A stretch of DNA of 64,000 bases from Candidatus Norongarragalinales archaeon (GCA_038884755.1 JAWABJ010000001.1:224001-288000), one strand, 5' to 3'; positions 1 through 9,867 are shown, counted from the stretch's first letter. Notes: generated by a model not told the origin, from the sequence alone. Program-made: numbers and translations.

Positions 1-1131
1 CTCGGCGAAAGGCTGGCGCTGCGCCCGACGAGCGAAGCGATAATGTACCATTTTTTCGCGAAGTGGATTTCTTCCCACCGCGATTTGCCTTTAAAGCTCA
101 ACCAGTGGACTAACGTAATACGTTGGGACACTAAAACGCTAAAACCGTTCTTGCGCACTCGCGAGTTCTTGTGGCAAGAGGGGCATACGGCGCACGCTTC
201 GAGCGAAGAGGCGGGAGAGCAGGTGCTCAGGGCGTTGGATTGGTACGCGCAATGCTCTCAAGATTTGCTGGCGATTCCCGTGTTGCAGGGTTTCAAGAGC
301 GATGCGGAAAAGTTTCCCGGCGCGTTTTACTCTACCACAATCGAGGCGGTGATGCCCGACGGGAAGGCGCTGCAAATGGGAACGTCGCACCATTTGGGGC
401 AGAATTTCGCGAAAATGTTCGGAGTGCGGTTTAAAACGGAAGAGAAAGAGGATTTTGCGTGGCAAACGTCTTGGGGCGTTTCAACGCGGATGATAGGCGC
501 GGCGATAATGGTTCACGGCGACGACAAAGGCTTGGTGTGGCCTCCGAAGATTGCGCCAACGCAAGTCGCCATAGTCCCGATTTTCTACAACGAAGAGGAA
601 AAGAAAATGACTCTGCTCGCTTCGGAAAGAATCAAGAATTCCTTGTCGCGGTTGAACCTGCGAATAGAAGTGGACGATTCGGCGAAAAGCCCGGGTTTCA
701 AGTTCAACGAAAGCGAGCTTCGCGGAATTCCCATTCGCATTGAAATCGGTTTGAGGGATTTGGCGAAAGTCGGCGTAACGATAGCAAGGCGCGATTCCGG
801 GGAAAAAGAGTTCGTGCCTGAAGAGAAGATAGCAGAGTACGTTGAATTTTTGGTCGCCGATATACAGCAAAAGCTGTTTTTGAAGGCAAAGCTGTTTTTG
901 GAGTCGCACACTACCGCTGTTGCGAACATGGGCGAGTTCAAGAGCGTGCTTGAAGAACGCAAGGGGTTCGTGGTTGCAGAGTGGTGCGGGGACGCGCGGT
1001 GCGAAGAGGCGATAAAGGAAGAAACAACCGCGAGCATCCGCTTGATTCCTTTCAACGCGCAGGCGAAGGGAAATTGTGTTTATTGTGGAAAGCAGGCGAA
1101 AACAACCGGCTATTTCGCAAAGGCGTACTAA
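1..1131 (+). CDS. proS: Proline--tRNA ligase, archaeal/eukaryotic type (5'-truncated by window)
   Basis: Frame open from base 1 (LALRPTSEAIMY); motifs FLRTREFLWQEGHT, GTSHHLGQNF, QTSWGVSTR; C-terminal zinc site ending FAKAY. Confidence 0.97.
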   Translation, partial: LGERLALRPTSEAIMYHFFAKWISSHRDLPLKLNQWTNVIRWDTKTLKPFLRTREFLWQEGHTAHASSEEAGEQVLRALDWYAQCSQDLLAIPVLQGFKSDAEKFPGAFYSTTIEAVMPDGKALQMGTSHHLGQNFAKMFGVRFKTEEKEDFAWQTSWGVSTRMIGAAIMVHGDDKGLVWPPKIAPTQVAIVPIFYNEEEKKMTLLASERIKNSLSRLNLRIEVDDSAKSPGFKFNESELRGIPIRIEIGLRDLAKVGVTIARRDSGEKEFVPEEKIAEYVEFLVADIQQKLFLKAKLFLESHTTAVANMGEFKSVLEERKGFVVAEWCGDARCEEAIKEETTASIRLIPFNAQAKGNCVYCGKQAKTTGYFAKAY

Positions 1132-2603
1132 TAGTTTTTCTCTGGCAGCCCTAGCAACAACCTTATTTTTCCAACCAGTTTTTCGACAGAAGGCATTTGC
1201 CTGTAAGTAGGGATTTCCAGACGCAAAACGCCGTTGTCCACGAGCGCTCCTACTGTTATTAGCCCGTAGCCCAGGTCATGCCCTTGAAGGGCTGGTTTCA
1301 GGTCTTCTGCCTTCGCTTCAGTGTTTCGCAGTTTGAAAGATATCACGCTGGGCGCGAACGGCGCGTCTTCCCTGGGCTTTATAACTTCTATCAACGGTAT
1401 TTTTTCCAGGGCTTGCACGACTTTCTCCCGGTTTCTCTTCGTCTCTTCGATAATCCTCTCGTCTTCCCTCTCGAGCTTTTCTTGCGGGCCTGCGTACCTG
1501 GCGTTGAACGCAACCAATCCTCCCTTGAGTTCTGGGAGGGAAACGGCAGTGTGAAAATCCCTCGAGTCCAGAAAGTCGTAAACCCTTTCGTACTTCGTCG
1601 GAAACTGGTAGTACTTCGCGTATTTCGAAAAGGGCGAGTTGAGAAAGTGCGAAATGCCTTGCCCAACGAGCTTGCGCCTTGCAGTAACAACCGCGTTGCC
1701 CAGCACGTTTCCCAGCGCTTTCGCGGTTGTGAAAAAGAAAAAGTCCGACGCTTCGTGCGCCTTGCGTATTTCTTCGAGGGGAACGCGGCCTATGCTTTGC
1801 GCCGCGTCCACCACGAACAAAATCTTTCGTTCCTGCTTTCTGCCAGAGTTTTCCTTGTCTATAATCCTTCTCGCTTGGGTTACGGGCAGGATTTGGCCCG
1901 TTCGCGTGACGTGGGGAATTACGACCATTCTTGTTTCGGGGTTTGAAACCGCGCTTTCAAGGTTTTCGAGAAATTCGGTTTGGCCTGTCGGCGTGCTTCC
2001 GTCGTAAAGCGGGATTTTTTTCAGCCCGATCTTGATTCTCTCGCCTCCGGGCCGCACTTCGGGGTGTGAAGAGAAAAAGCCGAGGTTAGGCGGCAGGAGC
2101 AAGTCTCTCTTTGGCAAAGGCCTGGGTTTTTGCGTCAAGTGCGGGTCGCCGCCGCGCATGGTCCAATAAAGAGTTTGCGGCAAGTCTTCAGTAGTTACTA
2201 TCTGGCCTCGCTTGACTCCGCTCAAAGCGCGGATTAGCATGAGCGCTGTCGTGGCGTTGGTTTCGAACAAGACCTCGCGGTTTCCCAAAACGCTTTTCAC
2301 ACTGTCCCTGAACGACTCTGCAGTCTGAAAGTAAGCGTCGTTCAACTCTTGCACTGCGCGCTCGTCGCCGCGTTTGATTCTCTTGACGAGCTCTAGAACG
2401 AGTTTTTTTGCCTTCTCGGCTTCGAGAGCGGCTTCAACCCTTGGCGCTGCGATGGTCACTCCCGCCCACCATCCGGGAATTTTTTCTTTCCAGGAAACCC
2501 CGCCCCTGCGCTTCAAGCTCCCGAAAACCGACGGGGGTTCGCCAGGCTCGTCCGGGTTTTCGAGAGTCTTCAAGTCGGCTTTGCGCGGGTCGAACAATCG
2601 CAT
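1128..2603 (-). CDS. Divergent PLP-dependent aminotransferase class V / cysteine desulfurase-like protein
   Basis: NATTAL, PHVTRTGQILPV, VVDAAQSIG and DFFFFTTAKALG (PLP Asp and Lys motifs); long non-canonical N-terminus. Confidence 0.75.
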   Translation of the reverse strand: MRLFDPRKADLKTLENPDEPGEPPSVFGSLKRRGGVSWKEKIPGWWAGVTIAAPRVEAALEAEKAKKLVLELVKRIKRGDERAVQELNDAYFQTAESFRDSVKSVLGNREVLFETNATTALMLIRALSGVKRGQIVTTEDLPQTLYWTMRGGDPHLTQKPRPLPKRDLLLPPNLGFFSSHPEVRPGGERIKIGLKKIPLYDGSTPTGQTEFLENLESAVSNPETRMVVIPHVTRTGQILPVTQARRIIDKENSGRKQERKILFVVDAAQSIGRVPLEEIRKAHEASDFFFFTTAKALGNVLGNAVVTARRKLVGQGISHFLNSPFSKYAKYYQFPTKYERVYDFLDSRDFHTAVSLPELKGGLVAFNARYAGPQEKLEREDERIIEETKRNREKVVQALEKIPLIEVIKPREDAPFAPSVISFKLRNTEAKAEDLKPALQGHDLGYGLITVGALVDNGVLRLEIPTYRQMPSVEKLVGKIRLLLGLPEKNY

Positions 2604-2635
2604 GAAAAAATTAGTGCGGTTCGTTTTTATGATAG

Positions 2636-2762
2636 TAGCCCCGGGCGGATTCGAACCGCCGTCAACGGGTATCTTTTCGCAAAGCGGAGTTGCTCGCCCC
2701 GAAAGGCTCGCTTATCCGTGCGTGCCAAAGCCCGCTATACTGGGCCGCTATACGACGGGGCT
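2636..2762 (-). tRNA. tRNA-Gln(TTG) with 54-nt intron at 37/38 (2671-2724)
   Basis: Minus strand AGCCCCG...CGGGGCT-A acceptor (A1-U72 typical of archaeal Gln), GCGGG-CT-TTG-G^A-CCCGT anticodon arm, GGCGG-TTCGAAT-CCGCC T arm; 73 nt after intron removal. Confidence 0.93.
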
Positions 2763-2833
2763 GCGAAAAACATTTGGTTCAACGAATATTTTATATTGTT
2801 GCTCTTGCTCAATTTTATTGGGGGCAAGAGAGT

Positions 2834-3325
2834 ATGAAGCGAAGGAATTTCGAAAGGGATTTTTTCAACGACGATTTTTTCGAAGAGTTCGAAAAGATAG
2901 AGGAAATGATGCGTGACATGCTTGACGCTCACTTCAGAGACTTAAACGAAAACGATTTGAGGAACTTGGAGGGCACTCGCCCCAAGGTTTACGGTTTTAC
3001 CTTGGAATTCGGGCCTGAAGGGAAAGGCAAGTTGAAGGAAATCGGCATTACTCCCGCACTGCGAAAACAGCCAGAGCCTAAAAGCGAGCCTTTCGTTGAA
3101 ATACTCAACCACCCTGAAGAAATACGCGTGGTTGCGGAACTGCCTGGAGTAGAAGAAAAACACTTGCACTTGAAGGTTTTCCCCAAACAATTGAGCATTA
3201 GAGTGTCCGACCCGCAGAGGTTTTTGGCAAAAGTAGTATCCTTGCCTGCAGAAGTGGTTGAAAAAAGCTTTAAATCCACTCTCAAAAACGGCATTCTTGA
3301 AATCGTCTTGAAGAAAAAAAAATGA
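2834..3325 (+). CDS. Archaeal small heat shock protein Hsp20
   Basis: PKVYGFTL, EPFVEI..EEIRVVAELPGV, STLKNGILEIVLKK; ATG at 2834 is the likely start. Confidence 0.92.
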   Translation: MKRRNFERDFFNDDFFEEFEKIEEMMRDMLDAHFRDLNENDLRNLEGTRPKVYGFTLEFGPEGKGKLKEIGITPALRKQPEPKSEPFVEILNHPEEIRVVAELPGVEEKHLHLKVFPKQLSIRVSDPQRFLAKVVSLPAEVVEKSFKSTLKNGILEIVLKKKK

Positions 3326-3927
3326 ACCGCGGGCAGCTGCTGAACTTAATCCGCTCGACTGGAGTTTCAAAAGCGACAGCGCAAGCTTTCGAGAACGTTG
3401 ACAGGGCGGATTTCGTTCCTGAAGAGCTTGAGAGCGTGGCGTACGAAGACCGGCCTATTCCCCTGCCCGAAAACCAGACGACTTCCCAGCCTTCGCTAAT
3501 CGCGTTCGTTTTGGACAAACTGCGCGTTGGGAAAGGCGATAGGGTTTTGGAAGTTGGTACTGGCTTTGGGTTTCAGACCGCGTTGTTGAGCGAACTTGTG
3601 GGCGAAAAAGGTTTGGTCGTTTCCATAGAGCATTTTGAAGCTTTGCACGGGCAAGCGAAAAAACGGCTTGCTGCCCGTAAGAACGTTTTGCTGCTGCATG
3701 GCGACGGGAAGAAAGGTTTTGCTGAGAAAGCGCCTTTCGATGCTATAGTGGTGAGCGCTGCTTGCGCTTCGCTTCCGCAACCGTTGTTCGAACAGTTGAA
3801 GGAAGGAGGGCGGCTCGCGTATCCGCAGGAAACTGGCTTTGGGCAAGACTTGATTCTGGTGGAAAAACGGGGCGGGAGAAAGAAAACCACTCCCCTGCTG
3901 CCCGTGGCTTTCGTTCCGTTGCGGTAG
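3322..3927 (+). CDS. pcm: Protein-L-isoaspartate O-methyltransferase
   Basis: AYEDRPIP, QTTSQP, VLEVGTGFGFQTA, APFDAIVV, AFVPL. Confidence 0.93.
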   Translation: MNRGQLLNLIRSTGVSKATAQAFENVDRADFVPEELESVAYEDRPIPLPENQTTSQPSLIAFVLDKLRVGKGDRVLEVGTGFGFQTALLSELVGEKGLVVSIEHFEALHGQAKKRLAARKNVLLLHGDGKKGFAEKAPFDAIVVSAACASLPQPLFEQLKEGGRLAYPQETGFGQDLILVEKRGGRKKTTPLLPVAFVPLR

Positions 3928-3959
3928 AAATTAAATACCAAAAACGCAATACGATTATT

Positions 3960-4418
3960 ATGGTAAGATTACTTCCACTGCCGAAAGGCATTTCTCGAGC
4001 GGAGTATTCCCGTGCTTTGCGTAACCTTCCCAAAACCAAGATTTTCGCTGCCAGGAGAATCTTGAGCAAGCACGGCACAGAGGCGGTTTCACCCTTGAGC
4101 GTTTTCGGGTTGAAAGCGTTGTCCTTGATAGAAGACCACGGGGATCCTGGCTTGAAAGCGATCCAAACCCACGGAACCGTTGCTTTTGAGTTGAGAAAAT
4201 TGGCCGGCTTTCCTGCAGTGAAGGTGCTTTCAGTGCTAGATCCCGAGGAGTTTGCAACACTTAGAAACTCTTTTGCTCACGGAATAGACCGCCTTGAGTA
4301 CGTGGCAATGGCCAACATAATAGAACACAAGGGCACGGACGGGTTTAAAGCCCTACTCAGAAACAGCGACAAGCTTCACAAGGCGATAGACGCCAACATC
4401 CTAGGCCGAACGCACTAA
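3960..4418 (+). CDS. Hypothetical protein with short Gly-centred helical repeats
   Basis: ATG at 3960; repeats KHGTEAV/VFGLKAL/DHGDPGL/THGTVAF/LAGFPAV spaced ~11 aa. Confidence 0.6.
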   Translation: MVRLLPLPKGISRAEYSRALRNLPKTKIFAARRILSKHGTEAVSPLSVFGLKALSLIEDHGDPGLKAIQTHGTVAFELRKLAGFPAVKVLSVLDPEEFATLRNSFAHGIDRLEYVAMANIIEHKGTDGFKALLRNSDKLHKAIDANILGRTH

Positions 4419-4530
4419 GCCCGAATTTTCACTATTTGCAGGGCACGGGAACACTGGAAAGCCACTCTCTGTCCAGGTTTAAATATCGACGTTTAATGGT
4501 TAGTCTCCGCTTTCGGAGAGGTGTTCGAAA

Positions 4531-4623
4531 ATGGTTTGCTTGAGTTGCGGAAGGAAATTCCAGTTGTGGTCGGAAGGAGAGCCGGACGTCTGCCTGCTGT
4601 GCGGCAGTTCGGACTGCTCGTGA
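4531..4623 (+). CDS. Small zinc-ribbon-like peptide (30 aa)
   Basis: MVCLSCGRKFQLWSEGEPDVCLLCGSSDCS; two CxxCG knuckles; GGAGAGGTG RBS upstream. Confidence 0.6.
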   Translation: MVCLSCGRKFQLWSEGEPDVCLLCGSSDCS

Positions 4624-4648
4624 GCGCTAAAAAAAGAGGTGGTTTGAG

Positions 4649-4774
4649 ATGAAGATAGACGTTTCGCAGTTGCCTTACGAGGCCGTTTTGAAGGTCGTGA
4701 ACGAAAGCAGGTGGGTAGTGCGCAATTTCGTTTGCGACAACGGAAGAGTGGTTTTGGACTGCGCTCCGGCGTAA
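4649..4774 (+). CDS. Small hypothetical protein (41 aa)
   Basis: MKIDVSQLPYEAVLKVVNESRWVVRNFVCDNGRVVLDCAPA; GAGGTGG RBS. Confidence 0.55.
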   Translation: MKIDVSQLPYEAVLKVVNESRWVVRNFVCDNGRVVLDCAPA

Positions 4775-4781
4775 AGTTAGA

Positions 4782-4877
4782 GGTTTCGGCGTTTTTCATA
4801 AAAACCCCTCGGGTGGCGAGGGCTCAAGCTCGAGCTTTCGCCAGTTGGCGCCGAAACCCGCCCTACCTACGCATAGG
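4782..4877. other. Multi-stem inverted-repeat element upstream of smc
   Basis: GGTTTCGGCG (4782-4791)/CGCCGAAACC (4849-4858) enclosing TGGCGA/TCGCCA and AAGCTC/GAGCTT stems, followed by a CCTA-CGCA-TAGG hairpin. Confidence 0.45.
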
Positions 4878-4931
4878 CTTAAAAAAACTTTTTACTTTCT
4901 TTCTTTACCGTTTTTAGAGGAGAAACCCGCC

Positions 4932-7900
4932 GTGTTCGTCAGCAAAATTCAGCTTCAAAACTTCAAGAGCTTCAAGAAAGGCGAGGTTACTCTCCAGCAG
5001 GGTTTCAACGCCATCGTGGGGCCCAACGGCTCCGGCAAAACCAACATTGTTGATTCGCTATTGTTTTCTTTCGGCGAGGGCAAGCTCAAGGCAATGCGAG
5101 TGAAGAAAATACGCGACTTGATTTTCGAAAACGCGGGAGTAGCCGAATCCACGGTAATCCTTTCCGACGGGTCCAAAGAACGGGTGATTAAACGGGCGTT
5201 GCGCAAGGACGGCAAGATAAAATATTCGCTGGACGGAAAGCGCGTGAAGAAATACGTTTTGGAAGAGTTTCTCGCTCAAAACCAGATTGCTTTGCACAAC
5301 GTCATCAAGCAGGGCGAAGTCCAGCGCATAGTTGAAATGAATTCTAAAGACCGCAGGGGAATGATCGACTTCATCGCGGGCGTGTCGGAATACGAGGAAA
5401 AGAAGAAAGAGGCGTTGGGCGAGCTGGAGAAAGTGCTGTCAAAGGTTTCCGAAGAGAAAGCGATAATTGCGGAGAAGGAAGGGTATCTCAGTGAATTGGC
5501 CGAGGACAAGAAGAACGCCGAGAAGTTCGTAGCTTTGGACTCGACGCTCAAGCGCGCGCGGGCGACGGTATTGCACTTGGAACTGGGCGGGCTGGAGAGA
5601 GAGTTCGAAAGCCTCATAAATTCGGTTTTGGAGCTGGACAACAAAATCCGCGCCTTGTCCGACGAAGTGAAGGGCTTGGAGGACAGGATTGCGGAAACCA
5701 ACCGCAAGAAGGACGAGATAAACAAGAAGATAATCGAGAAGAGCGAGGGCAGGGAAGGCGAAATACAGCGGCAGATAGACCTGCTGCAAAACGAAATCGA
5801 CAATTCCAAGAAAATCATCGACCAGGGCAAGGAGGAACTCAAGGGCAAGGACCGGGCGTTGCAAGAGGCTTCGCTTGAGAAAAGGAAGGCGGAAGACTCT
5901 CTCGCTTACGCCAAGAAAGAACTTTTGGAACTGGAGGCGGAATTGGCTTCCACGCAGAAAATCCTTTCGGAAAAACAGGCGGAGTACGACGCGCTGGTTT
6001 CCAAGAGCGAAGAGTTTTCCCAGCAGTTCCACAACGCGCGCGCCCAAATGGGCGCGTTGGAGCAAGAGCTTTTGCAGGTGAAGGACAGGCTGAACCAGCT
6101 TCAAAGCGAGGTTTCCACTTCCGAAGCCATACTGCGTTTGAAGCAGGACGAGCTCGAGAGGCTTCAAAGCGGCAGGGGCGAAGACCGTTCGGGCCAAAAA
6201 GAGGTTTTGGAAGAGCACGTGGGGAATTTGCAGAAGGAATTGTCCAAGCTCGACGCGCAATTGAAGGAGCTTGCTGTTGACGAGCAGAAGTTTCTTAATG
6301 CGTTAGAAAACCTCGACGGGGACATTCTCAAGTGCAAGGAACGCATTTCCGTAGCAGACGCCCGCCTGCGGGCGGCTGGAAGCAGCAAGGCTGTTGAAAT
6401 AGTGGAAAAACTGCGTTCGGAAATGAAGGGCGTTTACGGGACGGTGCAGCAGTTGATAGACTACGACCAGGCTTACGCCTTGCCCGTTTCAATCGCGTTG
6501 GGCAACAGGATGCATTACGCCGTCGTGGACAGCGTGAAAACCGCCGGAAAGGCGATTGACCTTTTGAAGAAAAACAATTGGGGGCGGGTTTCGTTCATCC
6601 CCTTGGACAAGATACGGCCTTCGCCGTTAAGCGCCGACGAGGCGAAGCTCAAGGGAGAGAAGGGGGCCGTCGATTTTCTCATCAACATCGTGAAGTACGA
6701 CGGCGAGTTCGAGAAGGCGGTGAAGTACGTTTGCGGCAACACGCTGGTAATGCAGGATTTCGATTGTGCGGAAAAGCTCGTGGGCAAAGCAAAGCTTGTT
6801 ACTCTCGACGGGGAGTTGATAGAGCAAAGCGGCTTGGTGACCGGCGGGAAGACGAAAGAGGAAATTAACCCGTTCGCAGAAGCGAAAGAGCTCAAGAAGT
6901 GGGAGGACCGGCTGGACATTGTGAAGGCGGAGAAAGAACAGTACGCGCAGAGGCTTTCGCAAGCGAGGGGAGAGCTGGGCGATTTGCGCAAGCGCAAGGC
7001 CGAGTTGGAAGTGGAGAAAACCAAGGCGGGATTGGAATTGCGCAACATTCTCGAGCTGGAGCGAGCTTGGGAGGAGAAGAACCAGAACGTTTTGCGCGCG
7101 ACCGCACAGTTGAAGCAGGAAATAAGCGGCTTGAAGCGTTCGATAGACGGCAAGTCGCAAGAGCGGAACGACTTGGTGCGAAGGATTTCAGACTTGAATT
7201 CGAAGTACTTGCAGGCGAAGGAAGCGGTTGATTCGGAGAAGGAAGCGCAGTTAGGAAACCTCGTGCGGGAAAAGGAAAAAAGGCTTTCCGACTTGAGGGT
7301 GCAGGTGGCAGACTTTTCCAGCCAGATTGCCGGCAAGAAAACCGCGGTTTCCTCGCTGGAAAAACAGTTCGAAGTGTTGGCCAAGCGCGAGCGGGAGTTG
7401 GAAAGCGAATCGCGCCTCTTGCGGGAGGAGATGGATTCCGCGGACGAGCGCATCAAGAATGCCAACGCAGAGTTGCGCGTTAAGGTTGAAGAGCAAAAGC
7501 GCATTTCTTCCGCCATTCGCGACTTGATTGAAGCAAGGGAGTTTCTGGAAAAGCAGAGCAGCGAATTCGGGGAAATGAAGGGCAAACTGCAGATGGAGCT
7601 GGAAGTGCGCGTGAAGCCCAAGCGGGAGGAAACGGGCTACAAGCGGGCGGGCGTCGAGGCGAGGCTTACCGACTTGAAGGCGCAATACTCGGCGTTCGAA
7701 GGTGTCGAGCTTTTGCAAGGGGAAAAACCTGATTTGCTCGTGAAAGTGAAAGAGCTGGAGGCTGAAATAACGGCTTTGGGCCCCATAAACATGCGTTCGA
7801 TAGACGCTTTCGAGGAGAAAACTCGCGAGTTCGCGCAGCACAAGGAGCGGCTGCAGCAGCTTGAAAACGAAAGGCAAGCAGTCCTCGTGCTGATTAACGA

Positions 7901-8384
7901 AATAGAAGTGCGGAAGAAGGGAACGTTCATGGCGTCGTTCGAGAGGGTGAACGAGAATTTCGGAAAGTTGTTCAAACACATTTTTTCCGGCGAAGGAGTG
8001 TTGATTTTGGAGAATCCGGACAATCCGTTCGACGGCGGGCTTACCATGCAGGTGAAGCTCGAAAACAAGGAAATCAAATACCTCGAACTGATGAGCGGAG
8101 GCGAGAAATCGCTTTTGGCGTTGCTGTTCATTTTCGCGATGCAGGGCGTGAGCGCTTCCAGCGTGTATATTCTCGACGAGGCTGACGCGGCTTTGGATGA
8201 AGAGAATTCGATGAAGCTTTCGCAGCTGCTCAAAGCGCTTTCGGACAAGACCCAGTTCATAGTCGTTACGCACAACGAAGCGGTTTATCGCAATGCCGAT
8301 TGTCTCGTGGGCGTAGCAATGGCCGGGCGCGAGGGGAGCAAGCTCGTGGAAGTGAAGCTTTCGCAGTACGCTGGCGCGCGCTGA
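4932..8384 (+). CDS. smc: Chromosome segregation protein SMC
   Basis: NFKSF, Walker A GPNGSGKTN, long coiled coils, hinge (GVYGTV..GRVSFIPL), MSGGEKS, LDEADAALD; GTG start at 4932 after GAGGAG. Confidence 0.97.
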   Translation: MFVSKIQLQNFKSFKKGEVTLQQGFNAIVGPNGSGKTNIVDSLLFSFGEGKLKAMRVKKIRDLIFENAGVAESTVILSDGSKERVIKRALRKDGKIKYSLDGKRVKKYVLEEFLAQNQIALHNVIKQGEVQRIVEMNSKDRRGMIDFIAGVSEYEEKKKEALGELEKVLSKVSEEKAIIAEKEGYLSELAEDKKNAEKFVALDSTLKRARATVLHLELGGLEREFESLINSVLELDNKIRALSDEVKGLEDRIAETNRKKDEINKKIIEKSEGREGEIQRQIDLLQNEIDNSKKIIDQGKEELKGKDRALQEASLEKRKAEDSLAYAKKELLELEAELASTQKILSEKQAEYDALVSKSEEFSQQFHNARAQMGALEQELLQVKDRLNQLQSEVSTSEAILRLKQDELERLQSGRGEDRSGQKEVLEEHVGNLQKELSKLDAQLKELAVDEQKFLNALENLDGDILKCKERISVADARLRAAGSSKAVEIVEKLRSEMKGVYGTVQQLIDYDQAYALPVSIALGNRMHYAVVDSVKTAGKAIDLLKKNNWGRVSFIPLDKIRPSPLSADEAKLKGEKGAVDFLINIVKYDGEFEKAVKYVCGNTLVMQDFDCAEKLVGKAKLVTLDGELIEQSGLVTGGKTKEEINPFAEAKELKKWEDRLDIVKAEKEQYAQRLSQARGELGDLRKRKAELEVEKTKAGLELRNILELERAWEEKNQNVLRATAQLKQEISGLKRSIDGKSQERNDLVRRISDLNSKYLQAKEAVDSEKEAQLGNLVREKEKRLSDLRVQVADFSSQIAGKKTAVSSLEKQFEVLAKRERELESESRLLREEMDSADERIKNANAELRVKVEEQKRISSAIRDLIEAREFLEKQSSEFGEMKGKLQMELEVRVKPKREETGYKRAGVEARLTDLKAQYSAFEGVELLQGEKPDLLVKVKELEAEITALGPINMRSIDAFEEKTREFAQHKERLQQLENERQAVLVLINEIEVRKKGTFMASFERVNENFGKLFKHIFSGEGVLILENPDNPFDGGLTMQVKLENKEIKYLELMSGGEKSLLALLFIFAMQGVSASSVYILDEADAALDEENSMKLSQLLKALSDKTQFIVVTHNEAVYRNADCLVGVAMAGREGSKLVEVKLSQYAGAR

Positions 8385-8385
8385 T

Positions 8386-8889
8386 TCAGGCTATTTCCGA
8401 AAAAAGCTTTTCGAAACCCATTTTTTCCCACGCGCTGACGCTCACAACTTCCGACGGGAAGGACAACCTGGATTTTGAAAGCTCGCTTTTGTTCTCGACT
8501 GGAACGACTTTCTTTTCGAGCCTTTCTTCCAATGCCTTTGCCAGAGCCTGCGCGTCTTCGTGAGAGGCGCTGCCCGCTTCGAACACGAGCAAAACGCAGT
8601 CGCATTTTTCGAGGGGGATTTCTTTTGAGAAGAAAAACGAGTCGAACGGCGCGGTGTAGTCCAAAAGCACGAAATCCAAGCCTTCGGCTTTCGCGGTTTT
8701 GAAAACGTCTTGCTTTCGTTGCTTTTTGTTCCGCACGTCCCAAAAAGGCGCGTATTTCAGGGCTTTCGCGCTTTCGCCCATGTTTGCGACGCCCACGCGC
8801 AGCCCCTTCTTTTCTAAAAACTTGGAGAAAGAAAACGCGAGCGTGCTTTTTCCGCCTTGCGGCGGTCCGATTAACGCTATTGCCTTCAA
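8386..8889 (-). CDS. Small P-loop GTPase-like protein (reduced GPN/ATP_bind_1-like)
   Basis: IGPPQGGKST, LLDYTA, ENKSEL, VSVSAWEKMGFEKL; TTG start after AGGTGG. Confidence 0.65.
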   Translation of the reverse strand: MKAIALIGPPQGGKSTLAFSFSKFLEKKGLRVGVANMGESAKALKYAPFWDVRNKKQRKQDVFKTAKAEGLDFVLLDYTAPFDSFFFSKEIPLEKCDCVLLVFEAGSASHEDAQALAKALEERLEKKVVPVENKSELSKSRLSFPSEVVSVSAWEKMGFEKLFSEIA

Positions 8890-9101
8890 CGAAATCCACC
8901 TGCGATGCATGAATCATTGTTTTCGCGTCTTTAAAACAATACTTTTAAAAGCTTTTTTGCTCAAATGCTATTCGGCAATCCACTGTTCCAGCGCGGATAG
9001 CGTTCGCGATAATTTTGTTTTTTTTTTAAGGGGAAACAGGGGAAAAAAAGGGCGACTGCGTTTTTTTTTCTTTAAAACTTAATTTTAACGGTGGTTTTAC
9101 C

Positions 9102-9737
9102 ATGGAAATGAGCAAGCAACAGTGGGAAGAGCAAAAGCTCAAGGGAACTACGACTGTGGGCGTTACTTTTCGCGACGGCGTAGTCGTGGCGGCTGACAAG
9201 CGCGCTACTTACGGCACTTTCATCGCGGCTAAAGACGTGGACAAGATCCACGTTGTGGGCGACAACATTGCAATGACAATCGCAGGCGGCGTGGGCGACG
9301 CGCAGACGCTGGTCAGGGTCACTAAGGCGGAGTTGGAGCTTTACAAATACTCGAAAGGCGAAAACATGACCATCCAAGGGGCTGCAACGCTGCTCGCGAA
9401 CATACTCCAGGGAAACAAGTACTTTCCGTACTTGGTGCAGTTGATAGTCGCGGGCTATGATTCTTCGCCCAGGCTTTTCGACCTCGACCCGTTCGGCGGG
9501 TTGATTCCCGAAAAATATACGTCGACAGGCTCTGGAAGCGTTGTAGCGTACGGCTTGCTGGACGAGCATTTCAAGGAAGGGCTTTCCAAGGAAGACGCCA
9601 TTCGTCTTGCCGTGAAGGCCGTCGGTGCTGCGATGAAGCGCGACAACGCGACGGGTGAAGGCATTGACGTGGTTTGCATTACCAAAAACGAGGTTAGGCG
9701 TTACTCCAAGGAGGATGTAAAGCCGTTTTTGGCTTAA
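9102..9737 (+). CDS. psmB: Proteasome subunit beta
   Basis: Propeptide then KG|TTTVGV, AADKRAT, GGVGDAQ, TGSGS, RDNATG. Confidence 0.97.
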   Translation: MEMSKQQWEEQKLKGTTTVGVTFRDGVVVAADKRATYGTFIAAKDVDKIHVVGDNIAMTIAGGVGDAQTLVRVTKAELELYKYSKGENMTIQGAATLLANILQGNKYFPYLVQLIVAGYDSSPRLFDLDPFGGLIPEKYTSTGSGSVVAYGLLDEHFKEGLSKEDAIRLAVKAVGAAMKRDNATGEGIDVVCITKNEVRRYSKEDVKPFLA

Positions 9738-9867
9738 ACGGGCAGTTTTTGTTTTTTTTTCCTGCTGTGGAAAAACGTGGAAACCCAACTGCAGACAGGC
9801 ACAGCCTAGAGTGGTCTTTTTGCAAGTTTTTTGCGTTTTACGGGATTTGAAGGAGCTTTGAGCATAA

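Noticed and set aside
4845..4862. tRNA 3'-end-like GGGTTTCGGCGCCA on the minus strand (split tRNA or att site)
   Set aside because: No T-arm (TTCRA) precedes it. It is better explained as an arm of the local inverted repeat.
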